Below are positions 28,915-40,245 of a stretch of DNA of 64,000 nucleotides, piece after piece. The notes below the pieces were generated by a model. The model saw only the letters and a program-made list of their open reading frames with translations, did no database searches and was not told the DNA's origin. Every line of letters begins with the position of its first letter. Position 1 is the first letter of the stretch. Both the position numbers and the translations under genes were made by a program. Source of the stretch: Pseudomonadota bacterium (GTDB lineage: Bacteria > Bdellovibrionota > Bdellovibrionia > Bdellovibrionales > Bdellovibrionaceae); assembly GCA_041178425.1 (NCBI GenBank), contig JBEGVH010000016.1:160802-224801 (forward strand), in the 5' to 3' direction.

Positions 28915-29625
28915 GTGATTTCAGTCATTTTTGAAGATTCCGATTACATAGCGATCGACAAGCCACCAGGCTATCACGTGCATCCTCCCGAAAACTCTCA
29001 ATGGAAAGTTCCCAGAGATCTCATTTGTCTCTACTGGCTGCGCAATTATTTAGGATCCTACGTTTACCCAATCCACAGGCTGGATGCGGCTACGGGAGGC
29101 GTTGTTCTGTTTGGAAAGCACTCAGAAGCTGCTGGAAAAATCCAGCACCTCATTCAGACCCAATCTATTAGTAAACAGTACGTTGCCGTTACTCGTGGTT
29201 ATTGTGCTGATGAGGGGGTTAACGAAAAACCGCTCTTAAGTGACTCGTCAGACCTAATGCTAGAATCACGAACTGAGTTTCAATTACTTTCAAAATTAGA
29301 ACTCCCCTTTGCTGTTGGCAAAAAACACACCACAAGTCGTTACAGCCTTCTGAAGGTAGAGCCGAAAACAGGACGGTATCATCAGATTCGACGCCATTTC
29401 GCCTCTGATTCTCACCCAATCATTGGAGACATTATGCATGGAGATTCCCATCATAATCGTTTTTTTAGAGAAAACCTAAATATTCCTGGATTGCTTTTAC
29501 ATAGTTTCGAATTATCTTTCATGCACCCTTACCAAGACGTCAGTGTAATTATTAAAACACCCTGGAGTAAGCGATGGGAAAACGTATTCAACCTGTTCAA
29601 ATTCTCAGATATCAATTTGCTCTAG
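28915..29625 (+). CDS. RluA-family pseudouridine synthase, TruC-like
   Basis: IDKPPGYHVH, HRLDAATGG, PKTGRYHQIRRHF, HPIIGD..HGD. Confidence 0.88.
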   Translation: MISVIFEDSDYIAIDKPPGYHVHPPENSQWKVPRDLICLYWLRNYLGSYVYPIHRLDAATGGVVLFGKHSEAAGKIQHLIQTQSISKQYVAVTRGYCADEGVNEKPLLSDSSDLMLESRTEFQLLSKLELPFAVGKKHTTSRYSLLKVEPKTGRYHQIRRHFASDSHPIIGDIMHGDSHHNRFFRENLNIPGLLLHSFELSFMHPYQDVSVIIKTPWSKRWENVFNLFKFSDINLL

Positions 29626-30629
29626 TTTTATTTTTTGTTTTTTTTAATGTTCAGCCGGCCCAATCCTGGGGTGGGCGGGGTCATTCTCTCATTTGCGAAT
29701 CTGCGATTCATTTGGTGAAAAATAACACACTCAAGCAATACCTCATAAATAAAACGAATGCGATAACTTATCTTTGTAATCTGCCAGACACTTATTGGCG
29801 GAGTGTTCCTGGCGCTGAATCAGGGGGGGCCACCCACTTTTTTGAGATTGATTTGGTGGGTTTGACTATTCAGAGTGTTTCGGTGAACAAATCCTTTGGT
29901 CAATTAACCCAAGATTTCAAGGGTAAACAGAATCTAATAACCAAAAGACCAATTCTTTCTGTTTCACGCGAACTTGGGTCTAGCTGGTGGAGAGCCAATC
30001 AATTTTTTAATAAGGCGGTTTTGGCCGGTAAAAAGGCAAAACTAAAAAAGACTCTCGATCGTGATGATCAAGATATCTTTGAATTCTGGGTCATGATGGG
30101 CTTACTCGGGCACTTCGTGGCCGACAATGCACAACCATTCCATAACACCAAAAATTACGATGGCTGGGAAAACGGCCACGGAGGAATTCATGGTTACTAT
30201 GAGTCTGATTTGGTGAATGCCTTACCTTCCTCGGTCATTGTCGATGTGATCAAATCCTATCCGTCTATAGAAAAAGAATTAGATCTAAAGAACTCTAAAA
30301 CTATTTTAGTGAACATGCGTAATCTTTCGGTACTCTCCTATGCTGACCTGTCCATCATCATGAAAAATGATCCACTCCTTGAGCCCTCTACCAGTCGAAA
30401 AGAGAAGGGAATGGAGCTAAAAACTCCCGCAAAGCGCAAGAGCCCCGATGCTGTTATTCAGATTTTTCAGCCCATGCTAGTCACACACCTAGCGCGAGCC
30501 GCAGCCCTGCTAGCGCATACCTGGGACCAGATTTTTGAAGCTGCAGGAAGCCCCCCTGTTGAATTAGATCATTCGTTTAAGTTTCCACATCAGTTTCCGT
30601 TCGTCGAACCTGATTATATTGAAGATTAG
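29574..30629 (+). CDS. secreted S1/P1 nuclease / zinc-dependent phospholipase C family protein
   Basis: Signal peptide then WGGRGH; PD, HFFEID, GHFVADNAQPFH and IHGYYE as candidate metal ligands. Confidence 0.75.
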   Translation: MGKRIQPVQILRYQFALVLFFVFFNVQPAQSWGGRGHSLICESAIHLVKNNTLKQYLINKTNAITYLCNLPDTYWRSVPGAESGGATHFFEIDLVGLTIQSVSVNKSFGQLTQDFKGKQNLITKRPILSVSRELGSSWWRANQFFNKAVLAGKKAKLKKTLDRDDQDIFEFWVMMGLLGHFVADNAQPFHNTKNYDGWENGHGGIHGYYESDLVNALPSSVIVDVIKSYPSIEKELDLKNSKTILVNMRNLSVLSYADLSIIMKNDPLLEPSTSRKEKGMELKTPAKRKSPDAVIQIFQPMLVTHLARAAALLAHTWDQIFEAAGSPPVELDHSFKFPHQFPFVEPDYIED

Positions 30630-30823
30630 GTATTTAATCTTTTCTCATCAAACAAGATTTATTTTTACATTTCTCACTTCGAAACGTTCATTAAAGAATC
30701 AAAACCCAGGCCAGCTCATTTTTATCTTAAAATTAATCATTAAATTCCAGGGCCTTTCAACAAGGGCTCCTATACCTTAGACTAGGGATTGACGAGAGAA
30801 AGATTGTCTCGCTAGGAGGTCAA

Positions 30824-31144
30824 GTGACCTTGGTAAAATCAGATGGAGTTGGTTTTCGAATCTTGGGCCCCCAAGATCTGCCGCAAGTATTTGAGGGCAG
30901 CTCATCGTCGGATAGCGGAATTGAGCCCATCGATACGAATAACTCGCCCGACTCTAATTCACAGCACTCATCACCAAGCGACGACCCCCTTCTTGAATTC
31001 CTTGAACGGCGAAAAAAAAATAGAGAATTGTATGAGAGACGTTATAGTCGAAAAGCAATCGGATTAAAGGCTTATGACGAGCAAAAAGAATACAAACCCC
31101 TATTTGATGAACTCCCTGAATTTCAATTTAAGAAAGCAGGCTAA
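30824..31144 (+). CDS. hypothetical protein
   Basis: AGGAGG RBS before GTG; Ser/Asp-rich middle region and charged C-terminus. Confidence 0.65.
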   Translation: MTLVKSDGVGFRILGPQDLPQVFEGSSSSDSGIEPIDTNNSPDSNSQHSSPSDDPLLEFLERRKKNRELYERRYSRKAIGLKAYDEQKEYKPLFDELPEFQFKKAG

Positions 31145-31155
31145 TGCCCAATCAC

Positions 31156-31863
31156 CTATGGTAATTCGCTAATAATTTTTTCACATGCCTTTACCGGAGA
31201 CTGAGCTTCCAAAATGGGGCGCCCAACCACAATTGCTGTGGATCCCGCAATAATTGCATCCCGAGGCCCCATAACTCTCTTTTGATCTTCACCGGGCTTC
31301 ACCTCTGTTCGAATTCCTGGCGTTACCAAATATAGATTTTGGTACTTTGACAGAGTGGGGAGCTCATGGGGACTACATACAATTCCATTCAGTCCCGATT
31401 CCATAACCAAGACTGCTAGTTCATCGACATGATGGGCAATGCTTTGATCTTTTAAAACTGATGGTAAAGTTTTTTTATCGAAACTAGTGAGCATTGTGAC
31501 CGCGAGGATTTTTACTGGGGATGTTTTTCTATACTCTTCTTCAAGTTTGGATAAATGTGAAAGTGCTTCTATTCCCGCTTGAGCATGAACCGTTACCAAG
31601 CTGGCGCCAATATCTAAAGCCGAGCGCACGGCAGACACCATGGTAGAGGGAATATCAAAAAATTTCATGTCGAGAAATACGGGAGATTGTTTAGCAACGT
31701 GTTTTAAAAACTGGGGTCCGTAGCGAAGCATGAGACGAGGACCAATCTTAATTCCACCAACAATGCTGGCCGTTTGTTCGACCAACTCGTAGGCTTTTTT
31801 TTCATCATCAACATCCAAAGCCAAAATCAATGGATTTTTTAATGGCGAAAAAGACCTCATCAC
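31156..31863 (-). CDS. pyrF: orotidine-5'-phosphate decarboxylase
   Basis: LILALD, FLDMKFFDIPST, VTPGIR, DQKRV, VVGRPI. Confidence 0.96.
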   Translation of the reverse strand: MMRSFSPLKNPLILALDVDDEKKAYELVEQTASIVGGIKIGPRLMLRYGPQFLKHVAKQSPVFLDMKFFDIPSTMVSAVRSALDIGASLVTVHAQAGIEALSHLSKLEEEYRKTSPVKILAVTMLTSFDKKTLPSVLKDQSIAHHVDELAVLVMESGLNGIVCSPHELPTLSKYQNLYLVTPGIRTEVKPGEDQKRVMGPRDAIIAGSTAIVVGRPILEAQSPVKACEKIISELP

Positions 31864-31882
31864 AAACTCCTTTTTTTATTTT

Positions 31883-33616
31883 TTAACCGAGTATCTTTTT
31901 TACGGTTTCCGCTACTTTATCGGGGGCCACTTTATGAACCACTTTACCGCTGCGTTCGACAACTTCGATTTCACCGGCATCAACACCCCTAGCTCCAATA
32001 TTTATTCTAATTGGCATTCCCAGTAGATCGGCGTCTTTAAATTTCACACCAGGTCGTTCATCTCGATCATCAACCAGAACATCAATTCTCATCTCGGTAA
32101 AACAACGCTCGAGCTTTTCAGCAATCTCCACCACTTTTTCGTTTTTGATATCAAGAACACAAATGTGAACATGAAATGGCGCAATGCTCTTTGGCCAAAT
32201 GATACCATCAGCGTCGTGACATTGTTCAATGGCCGCTTGTAGGGTACGAGTCACTCCAATACCATAACATCCCATTTCGATGAATTGAGCTTTACCATTT
32301 TTATCAAGATAGGTGGCTTGCATCTTTTGGGAGTATTTTGTCCCCAGGTAAAAGACGTGCCCCACTTCGATTCCTCGGTAAGACTTCAGAGTGCCTTTTC
32401 CAGAGGGGCACTTATCCCCTTCTTTTGCCATTCGCAAATCGGCCACCTTCGTGGCTTGAAAATCACGACCGACATTAACGTTCTTCAAATGATAGCCATC
32501 TTCATTGGCACCAACGATAAAGTTCGTTAGTTTCTCTACTCCATTATCTAAGTATATCGGGATTTTGAGGCCAACGGGGCCGCAACTTCCTGGCCATGCA
32601 CCGGTAACCTCTTTGACTTCATCGTCCGTTAACATGAGCGGGGGATTTACCATTCCTAAGAGATTTTTTAGTTTTACCGGATTAACTTCATCACCACCTC
32701 TTAGTAAAACTGCGAATGGCTTAAGTCCCTTATCCTTTGAGTCAAATCCTTCATTGGCAGAGAAAAAAAGCGTCTTGACTAGGGAATTACTCGAAATCTT
32801 CAAGGCATCCATCAACTGCTGTATAGTCTTCAAACCAGGAGTGGAAAATTTTTCCAGTGATACCATTTCCTCTTTGGCAGCCATCACATCATCGGGGTCA
32901 ATGGCAGGAGCCACTTCGACATTGGCTGCAAAATCTGAATCCGTACTCACCAGCAAAGCATCCTCGCCAGCTTCAGCAAGAACTTGAAATTCATGGGTTT
33001 GGCTACCACCAATATTACCAGCATCGGCTTGAACTATTCTAAAATCTAATCCTAGTCGGCTAAAGATTGCTTTGTAAGCCTCATACATTTGATCGTAGGC
33101 TTTTAGTGCAGCCGCATGATCAACATCAAAGCTGTAGGCATCCTTCATAATAAACTCACGACCACGCATGAGACCAAAACGAGGTCGAATTTCATCTCGG
33201 TATTTTGTTTGAATCTGGTAGATATTCCTAGGCAGATCTCGATAACTCTTAATGTCGTGACGAATGTAATCGGTGACTGCTTCTTCATGAGTTGCCGCTA
33301 AACAGAACCAATGCTGATTGCGATTTTGAAACTTTAGAAGTCCGGCACCCATTTCATTCCAGCGCCCCGTTTCTTCCCACAGTGAAGCCGGATGCACCAC
33401 AGGCATTAAAACTTCAGTACAGCCACGTGAGTCGAGCTCCTGTCGAATGATATCTTCAAACTTTTTCAACGAACGAAGCAAGAGGTGGCTATAAGTATAA
33501 ATGCCTGGAGCCAGCTTTTTAAGATATCCACCCCTCACCATCAACTTATGGCTAATGATTTCCGCATCGGCGGGAGCTTCTTTTAATGTATAAATATGAC
33601 ATTGCGACCATTTCAT
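31883..33616 (-). CDS. proS: proline--tRNA ligase
   Basis: THEE, YQIQTKYRDEIRPRFGLMRGREF, INS editing domain, GCYGIG. Confidence 0.98.
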   Translation of the reverse strand: MKWSQCHIYTLKEAPADAEIISHKLMVRGGYLKKLAPGIYTYSHLLLRSLKKFEDIIRQELDSRGCTEVLMPVVHPASLWEETGRWNEMGAGLLKFQNRNQHWFCLAATHEEAVTDYIRHDIKSYRDLPRNIYQIQTKYRDEIRPRFGLMRGREFIMKDAYSFDVDHAAALKAYDQMYEAYKAIFSRLGLDFRIVQADAGNIGGSQTHEFQVLAEAGEDALLVSTDSDFAANVEVAPAIDPDDVMAAKEEMVSLEKFSTPGLKTIQQLMDALKISSNSLVKTLFFSANEGFDSKDKGLKPFAVLLRGGDEVNPVKLKNLLGMVNPPLMLTDDEVKEVTGAWPGSCGPVGLKIPIYLDNGVEKLTNFIVGANEDGYHLKNVNVGRDFQATKVADLRMAKEGDKCPSGKGTLKSYRGIEVGHVFYLGTKYSQKMQATYLDKNGKAQFIEMGCYGIGVTRTLQAAIEQCHDADGIIWPKSIAPFHVHICVLDIKNEKVVEIAEKLERCFTEMRIDVLVDDRDERPGVKFKDADLLGMPIRINIGARGVDAGEIEVVERSGKVVHKVAPDKVAETVKKILG

Positions 33617-33619
33617 AAT

Positions 33620-34996
33620 CTATTCACCCTTCAATTCAATTCCATAGGATTTTATTTTTCGATGGAGATAACTTCGCTCCAATCCAATAATCTCAGCAGT
33701 TCTTGTGATATTTCCACCATTTTCGCCGATCTTACGAATTAGAAATTCTTTTTCAAATTCTGCCCTGGCTTCACGAAATGTTCCAGAATCTTCGGCAGAT
33801 GGCGCATCAGACAATGGAACCCTGAGGCCGGCAAAACGTAAATCATGAACATCGACAAATTCACCGGGAGTTAGAATGTAAACCCTCTCGACAAAATTTC
33901 GGAGTTCACTGACATTTCCAGGCCAAATGTAATTTTGAAGACAACTCATCGCTGGAGCACTGAGATTTTTACGGACTGTCTTTCCTTCTCGCACGAACTG
34001 ATCGGCAAAGTGGCTCAATAAGGCAGGGATATCTCCAACTCTCTCCCTCAACGGCGGAATAGCGAGCTTTACCATGGCCAACCGTTCATAGAGCTCTCGA
34101 CTCCATCGCCCCTGACGGACCTCTTCTTCAAGATCTTTGCTGGTAGATGCGATGATTCTAACATCTACCTCTACAGGCTCGGTACCTCCAAGCCTAACAA
34201 ACGATTTCTCTTGGAGAAACTTTAGCAAATGAGCCTGAGCCTCAGGTGTGAGCTCAGCAATTTCATCAATAAATAGGGTGCCAAGATTTGCCAACTCTAA
34301 GCGACCTCGCTTAGATTTATCAGCTCCTGGATAATACCCTTTTTCGTAACCGAAAAGCTCAGATTCAATGAGTTCCGGAGACGTTGAGTGCACAGCAAAA
34401 TCAACAAAGACCCGTCCCGCTCTGGAGCTAAGGTAATGAATATTTTGAGCCGCAAGTTCTTTCCCCGCTCCGGTTTCACCTTGAACTAAAATCCAGCTCT
34501 CTGTTGGTGCGACCCTCGAAATCATTTGCTTGAGTGCAAGCATGGATGGTGCCTCTCCGAGAATGGCAATGTTTTTACGAAGGCGATTGAGAAGCATTAG
34601 TTTCTCATTTTTCTCACTTCGGTAAGCTAGTAAATTTTGTAGAGTCACAATAATCTTGTCCATCGACAGAGGCTTTTCGATGAAATCCCATGCCCCTAAA
34701 CGAGTGGCCCTAACAGCCGTTTCAATGGTTCCGTGCCCTGACATCATCACGATATCAATTTGGGGAAAATCGCGACGAGCCTCAGAGAGGACAGCTAACC
34801 CATCAAGACGCCCTGGCATCCAAATATCCAACAAAACAACTTCAGGCTGAAAATCTCTCATCATAGCCAGGCCAAGTTCTCCATTCTCGGCCATTTGCAC
34901 TTGGTAACCCTCATCTTGAAGGGTTGCCGACAAAACTTGGCGAATGGGACCTTCATCATCAATAATTAACACCTTTGCTTTTTCTTGTATCTCCAC
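33620..34996 (-). CDS. ntrX: NtrX-like response regulator (REC-AAA+-HTH)
   Basis: LLDIWMPG, MMSGHGTIETAV, GETGAGKE, FIDEI, WPGNV.EL, HTH 'NITRTAEIIGLERSYLHRKIK'. Confidence 0.85.
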   Translation of the reverse strand: MEIQEKAKVLIIDDEGPIRQVLSATLQDEGYQVQMAENGELGLAMMRDFQPEVVLLDIWMPGRLDGLAVLSEARRDFPQIDIVMMSGHGTIETAVRATRLGAWDFIEKPLSMDKIIVTLQNLLAYRSEKNEKLMLLNRLRKNIAILGEAPSMLALKQMISRVAPTESWILVQGETGAGKELAAQNIHYLSSRAGRVFVDFAVHSTSPELIESELFGYEKGYYPGADKSKRGRLELANLGTLFIDEIAELTPEAQAHLLKFLQEKSFVRLGGTEPVEVDVRIIASTSKDLEEEVRQGRWSRELYERLAMVKLAIPPLRERVGDIPALLSHFADQFVREGKTVRKNLSAPAMSCLQNYIWPGNVSELRNFVERVYILTPGEFVDVHDLRFAGLRVPLSDAPSAEDSGTFREARAEFEKEFLIRKIGENGGNITRTAEIIGLERSYLHRKIKSYGIELKGE

Positions 34997-35016
34997 GTCT
35001 ACCCCATCAACACATC

Positions 35017-37254
35017 TTAATTACGTCCAGCTGTAATCACCGGCAACTCAATCACTATCTTGGCACCCTTAGGCTCATTGGCCAGCGCTCTAATGAAACC
35101 ATCATGATCTTCAACAATTTTTTTAACGATGGCCAATCCCAAACCAGTACCACCGGACTTTGTCGAATAATAAGGCTCAAAAATTCGCTGACGGTCTTCT
35201 GGAGAGATTCCCTCTCCATTATCACAAACCGTCAACTTCACCAGTTTTAAGCTTTTATCAAAGGCCGTCTCTAATTGTATGACGGCACAATGACCCGCGG
35301 GTACCGCATGGATAGCGTTGTCGACCAAGTTGCTTATCACCCGCTTAATTTGCTCAGGATCAATTTTAAAATCAGGAAGTTCGGGATCGGCCTTAAATTC
35401 AATTTGATGCTGACTGTGAGCGGATCGATAAAGAACAAGGGCCTCATCAATCACTTTATTTAAAGATCCCACGACTTTTCGTGCCTCAGGCAATCGAGCA
35501 AATTGATTAAACTCATTTACTAATCGACGTAACTCATCTGTTTGCTTGATAATCATGGTAGTGCATTCAGAAAATGCGCTATCGGCTACCTGACTGCCAA
35601 ATTTTCTCTGTAGTCGCTCCGCAGACAACTTTATTGGAGTGAGAGGGTTTTTTATCTCATGGGCAATACGGCGAGCAACTTCGGTCCAGGCCGCCGCTCT
35701 CTGTGAATTAACAATTGGAGTAAGATCGTCAAAAACGAGAATTCGACCTAACTCTAATCCACGATCGTCTCGAAGAGTGCTTATCGTTGCCTGCAGAGGT
35801 ATTGCCTGTCCTGAAACCGTAATCACAACTTCTTTTTGTATATTATCGTGTCCTCGCTCCTGCATGATTTTAAAAATATCTGAGAGCGTTTTATAATTTT
35901 CCCGACTCAACAATTCTTTAACAGTCCTGCCTACGTAATCACTTGGATCAACATTTAAAAGCTGCCCTGCTTTGCGATTCAAAGTTGTTATGATTCCCTC
36001 TGGATCAACAGCTAATACGCCAGTACTCACATTTGCCAGAACGACTTCGACGTAGCGAGAATGCTTGTCAAGATTCTCAAGTGTGATTTCGAGATTTTCT
36101 TGAGCTTGCGTCACTTCCCTCTCTGATTTGGCAAGGTTAGAGGTCATCAAATTAAAGCTCTTAACAAGCTCCATAATTTCTTCCGACCCCGATTGAACAG
36201 CCACTTCAGAATAATCTCCGTCAGCGACTCGACGTGTAGCGCGCCCTACTAATACGAGGGGAATCGACAACTGTTTTGCAAGATAAAAACCAAACCACGT
36301 GGCCGCTAAAAGAATAACGAGTGTCATGAGAAATAAAATAATGGTGTAAATCGATTTAAGAGGATACTCCAGCGGATTTACGTCCCGAAAGTCTTCATAA
36401 GCAGAGGATATGTCGTTCATCTTTGAAATTAAGGAAAGTGGAACATAGCTGGAGACAACAATGGCCCCGCGGCCTGATTTTTCGTCGACTGGCACGATCA
36501 CTCGAACGAGGTTACCTTCTCCGAATTGGTGAATGGTGCTAGCTTCAACTTTATTTTTAATTCCTTTTTGCAAAAACTCCAAAGAAAGAACTGGAAGTCG
36601 ATCAATGGATTGATTGGCCGCAATCGCAGCAATACGATCATCAAATAGCGACGGATAGTACTCAACGGCATCAAGACTAAATACCTGCCTAAGCTCCTTT
36701 AGCCGCTCTGCCACTTGTTTACTTGATGATAACCTAGCAACTTGGCGAGCTACCTCGTTGGCAAAATGATAGTTTCTTTTTTTAGCGTTAAAATAATAGG
36801 CATTCGTGACTTCGAGAGAACTCTTCAAAACCCCCGCCATTTTAACACTAAACCACTTATCAAAACTTGAATTGATATAAAATACCGAAATCGAAAACAT
36901 CAACACAGTCGGAATAAAACTAAAGGCCACAAAGGCAGCGATTAGTTTTGCTTTCAGACTGCTGCCAATTATTTTTCCCCTTTTTTCAACAAACACCTTA
37001 ACGACATTTCGAAAGATCAAAAACAGAAGTAGTAGCAACAAAATGATGTTAAAATTGACAAGACCAAAGAAGAAAATTGAATGAACAAAAGGTAGCTCTT
37101 TACTGATGCCAAATAAACGTATCTGAAACCAAGTTAACAATAGAAATAGGAACGACATAAGAACCACAAAAAGCATTTCTCGTCGCCGCTTCTTGAATTC
37201 TCCGGGTCCTGGAGCTATGGGCTCTTGGTCTTTTAGATCCTCTTCTAAAATCAC
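35017..37254 (-). CDS. ntrY: NtrY-like sensor histidine kinase (HAMP-PAS-HisKA-HATPase)
   Basis: [45 protein letters not shown]. Confidence 0.9.
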   Translation of the reverse strand: MILEEDLKDQEPIAPGPGEFKKRRREMLFVVLMSFLFLLLTWFQIRLFGISKELPFVHSIFFFGLVNFNIILLLLLLFLIFRNVVKVFVEKRGKIIGSSLKAKLIAAFVAFSFIPTVLMFSISVFYINSSFDKWFSVKMAGVLKSSLEVTNAYYFNAKKRNYHFANEVARQVARLSSSKQVAERLKELRQVFSLDAVEYYPSLFDDRIAAIAANQSIDRLPVLSLEFLQKGIKNKVEASTIHQFGEGNLVRVIVPVDEKSGRGAIVVSSYVPLSLISKMNDISSAYEDFRDVNPLEYPLKSIYTIILFLMTLVILLAATWFGFYLAKQLSIPLVLVGRATRRVADGDYSEVAVQSGSEEIMELVKSFNLMTSNLAKSEREVTQAQENLEITLENLDKHSRYVEVVLANVSTGVLAVDPEGIITTLNRKAGQLLNVDPSDYVGRTVKELLSRENYKTLSDIFKIMQERGHDNIQKEVVITVSGQAIPLQATISTLRDDRGLELGRILVFDDLTPIVNSQRAAAWTEVARRIAHEIKNPLTPIKLSAERLQRKFGSQVADSAFSECTTMIIKQTDELRRLVNEFNQFARLPEARKVVGSLNKVIDEALVLYRSAHSQHQIEFKADPELPDFKIDPEQIKRVISNLVDNAIHAVPAGHCAVIQLETAFDKSLKLVKLTVCDNGEGISPEDRQRIFEPYYSTKSGGTGLGLAIVKKIVEDHDGFIRALANEPKGAKIVIELPVITAGRN

Positions 37255-37754
37255 TTTCTACTTGTCACCTTCTTAGGTGCCTTTTTCTTCGCAATTTTTT
37301 TTGATTTCACTTTTGATAACTTCTTAAAATTTCTGACTTGGGCCAATACATCCAACATCTCTAACACCGTCATTGCGGCTTCAGAGCCCTTGTTACCATG
37401 ATGCCCTATCGTTCGAGCAAAGGCCTGATCTTCATTTTCTGTTGTCAAAACCCCAAACCCAATTGGCTTTCCCACCTCAAGCATAAGATGAGTCACGCCA
37501 CGCTCAACACTCTGACAAACGTAATCGAAATGGGCCGTTTCACCGCGAATAACAGCACCTAAAGTTACAACCGCATCACAGCCTTGTTCAAAGAGGGCTT
37601 TAGCCGCTAGAGGAATTTCAACGGCCCCTGGAACCCTCACTGTCCAAATCTGCCCATCAGTCAAACCGGCCATTTTGAGAGCTGAGAGCGCTCCTCTTTC
37701 AAGTTCAAGTGTTATTTCACTATTAAATTTTGCGGTTACAACGCCAATGATCAT
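37251..37754 (-). CDS. ribH: 6,7-dimethyl-8-ribityllumazine synthase
   Basis: [39 protein letters not shown]; Lys-rich C-terminal tail. Confidence 0.95.
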   Translation of the reverse strand: MIIGVVTAKFNSEITLELERGALSALKMAGLTDGQIWTVRVPGAVEIPLAAKALFEQGCDAVVTLGAVIRGETAHFDYVCQSVERGVTHLMLEVGKPIGFGVLTTENEDQAFARTIGHHGNKGSEAAMTVLEMLDVLAQVRNFKKLSKVKSKKIAKKKAPKKVTSRK

Positions 37755-37857
37755 TTGCGGACTCCATCATGTTAGAGCCGCATTAAACAAAATGTTAGAG
37801 CAAAAGTCGAGAAAAAGGCTTCTCCTAATCGAGAACTTCTTCTGCTGAAGACCTTAG

Positions 37858-38955
37858 TTAAATTCCTTCAACGTCTACAATTTCTAACCCGTAGGCTTTC
37901 AATCCAACTTTCTTATCTGGTCGACGAGAAAGCAGTTTGATCTTGTGAACTCCAATTTTGCGAAGAATTTGGGCACCGATTCCATAATCTCTTCCATCCA
38001 TCGCACCCGAGCGTTCGGAGACTCCTAGGAGTCCCTTTACCTCACTCTCGATACATTTGGTTTTAGGAAGATTTGCACCCCGTAACATCACAAGAATACC
38101 AGAGTCAGCCTCAATAATTTTTTTTCTAGAAATAGCAATGGAAGTATCCGACTGGATCATGGCGGCCACAGAATCACGAAGGGGATTTTCCACATGCACC
38201 CTCACGAGGGTTGGGTGATCGCCCTTAATTTCTCCCTTTTGAAGCACAACATGCTCCATGCCATCTATGCTTGATTTGAAGGTTCTCAGCTTGAGGCCAG
38301 GCTCTGGCAAAGCAATTGGCTCATGGATTTCTTCCACTAGTGACTCATTTGCCAAGCGATACTGAATGAGATCAACGATGGTTCCAATTTTTAACGAATG
38401 CTTCTCTGCGAAGCGCTTAAGATCAGGAACCCGAGCCATTGTTCCATCCGGATTCATCACTTCGCAAATAACCGCCGCTGGCGATAAGCCCGCTAGCCGA
38501 GCCAAATCAACACTTCCTTCGGTGTGACCCGCTCGCTTCAAAACCCCGCCCTCTTGAGCGCGAATAGGAAACACATGCCCTGGAGTGTGAATGTCGGAAG
38601 CCTTTGCATTTCGACTGGATGCGACTCGAATGGTATGCGCCCGATCTGCTGCTGATATTCCCGTCGAAACACCATGGGCTGCCTCAATACTGACAGTAAA
38701 GGCCGTTTTATTCGGACTGTAATTTTCGTCTTCACGCACCATCAAGGGTAACTCAAGCTTCTGAATCTGTTCGCGCGAAAGAGCCAAACAAATAAGCCCT
38801 CTTGCTTCCGCGGCCATAAAATTAATCATAGTAGGGGTGATAAAATCGGCGGCACAAACGATATCACCTTCATTTTCGCGATCTTCGTCATCAACTAAAA
38901 TAACCATCTTTCCAAGGCGGATATCCTCGATGAGCTCTTCAATTTTATTAAACAT
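37858..38955 (-). CDS. ribB: DHBP synthase fused to a degenerate GTP-cyclohydrolase-II-like domain (RibBX type)
   Basis: [24 protein letters not shown] and ICE are intact. The C-terminal domain keeps VRVH and DYGIGAQIL but lacks the zinc Cys motif. Confidence 0.9.
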   Translation of the reverse strand: MFNKIEELIEDIRLGKMVILVDDEDRENEGDIVCAADFITPTMINFMAAEARGLICLALSREQIQKLELPLMVREDENYSPNKTAFTVSIEAAHGVSTGISAADRAHTIRVASSRNAKASDIHTPGHVFPIRAQEGGVLKRAGHTEGSVDLARLAGLSPAAVICEVMNPDGTMARVPDLKRFAEKHSLKIGTIVDLIQYRLANESLVEEIHEPIALPEPGLKLRTFKSSIDGMEHVVLQKGEIKGDHPTLVRVHVENPLRDSVAAMIQSDTSIAISRKKIIEADSGILVMLRGANLPKTKCIESEVKGLLGVSERSGAMDGRDYGIGAQILRKIGVHKIKLLSRRPDKKVGLKAYGLEIVDVEGI

Positions 38956-39568
38956 CGCTACCTCCCGAACAAATCAATCCGCTTTCAAGCGCATTGGCAA
39001 TGGCTTTAGCGAAAGAGTCGGGCTCAAAGCATAACTTTTCCCCTACCATAACTAAGGCCAGATTGGTGCGTTTCTGAGTTTCTGGAATTAAGCACACCTC
39101 AACAACATTATTTTGGACTGAATTAATTGTGAGACTGACCCCATTGAATGCCAAACTGCCTTTTTTCCAACAAAATTTTTTAAGATCTGTCGGTAAAAGC
39201 GCCGATAGAAGCCAATTTTCTCCAAGGGCCTCGCTCTTAACAACTTCGAGCATAGCTTCAACGTGCCCCGTGACAAAGTGACCATGTACTCTGGCTCCAA
39301 AGGCAAGTGATCGCTCTAGGTTTACGGGTTTTAGAAACCAACTCTTAAAGGAGTCGCCAAGCACTGTCAAAGTCTCAAACCCTAATGTAAATGTCATCGT
39401 ATCCAAATCAAAACTCTCTACAGTAAGGCAAACCCCATTAACGGCAATGCTATCCCCTACCGAAAGATCATCAAAAGTGGACGGTCGGCGTATCACAATA
39501 AGGTGGGCCTGATCGAGGGCCCGATGACTAGTAATGGGTTCAACAGCTTCGATAATTCCTGAAAACAT
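38948..39568 (-). CDS. ribE: riboflavin synthase (alpha chain)
   Basis: MFSGIIE start at 39568, [39 protein letters not shown]. Confidence 0.93.
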   Translation of the reverse strand: MFSGIIEAVEPITSHRALDQAHLIVIRRPSTFDDLSVGDSIAVNGVCLTVESFDLDTMTFTLGFETLTVLGDSFKSWFLKPVNLERSLAFGARVHGHFVTGHVEAMLEVVKSEALGENWLLSALLPTDLKKFCWKKGSLAFNGVSLTINSVQNNVVEVCLIPETQKRTNLALVMVGEKLCFEPDSFAKAIANALESGLICSGGSDV

Positions 39569-39669
39569 GCCTTGGGGATAGCCCTTAGGACCACCAAGGT
39601 CAACCAAAACTGCCACCATTGACTCGTTCAAACATTCCCAGTGTAATTCTCACCTCTACAGGAGAATTT

Positions 39670-40245
39670 ATGGTTTTATATGGATCTCAAACATCCCCTT
39701 TTGTGCGCAGGATTCGTCTTCTTTTGCCCGAGGATAGCTATCGATTCAAAAAGGTCGATATTTTTAATCCCACCGAACGCAAAGAGCTCTTCAACCTCTC
39801 CCCAAGTCTCAAAATCCCGATACTCGTCATTGAACAGCAGCCGATCTGGGATTCTCGAATTATATTTAATGAACTTTGCCGAAGAGGATACCACCGGAAC
39901 CTAACTATTGATGAGGAAAACCTACTAACGGCCATAAGCGACCTTTCAGACAGCCTCATTCAAAATCTTTTAGCCCAGCGGTCGAACGTTATTTTTGCAA
40001 AAGGAACTCCGATCGAAACAAGCCACTCCGATAGAATTACAAACACTCTGACCTATCTCAACGAGCAACTTTATACACGTTCGTTTAATGAATGGAGTTT
40101 TCTTTCAATGAGTCTTTTTGCTATGGTTGACTGGGTTGAATTTAGGGCTCTGACCAGCCTTACCCCCTACGGAATGCTCAAACAATTTCACAAAGCCAAC
40201 CTCGATCAACCGCGTGTTGCCCTCACCGACCCGAGAGCAAATTAA
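39670..40245 (+). CDS. glutathione S-transferase family protein
   Basis: AGGAG RBS before ATG 39670; LYGSQTSPFVRRIR, KIPIL, WDSRII. Confidence 0.85.
   Translation: MVLYGSQTSPFVRRIRLLLPEDSYRFKKVDIFNPTERKELFNLSPSLKIPILVIEQQPIWDSRIIFNELCRRGYHRNLTIDEENLLTAISDLSDSLIQNLLAQRSNVIFAKGTPIETSHSDRITNTLTYLNEQLYTRSFNEWSFLSMSLFAMVDWVEFRALTSLTPYGMLKQFHKANLDQPRVALTDPRAN

Noticed and set aside
37769..37801. ATGTTAGAGC direct repeat between ribB and ribH
   Set aside because: Only two 10-bp copies, with no other support.
39569..39669. Overlapping N-terminal extensions of ribE and the GST gene in the ORF track
   Set aside because: The conserved MFSG start (39568) and the RBS-supported ATG (39670) remove the overlap.
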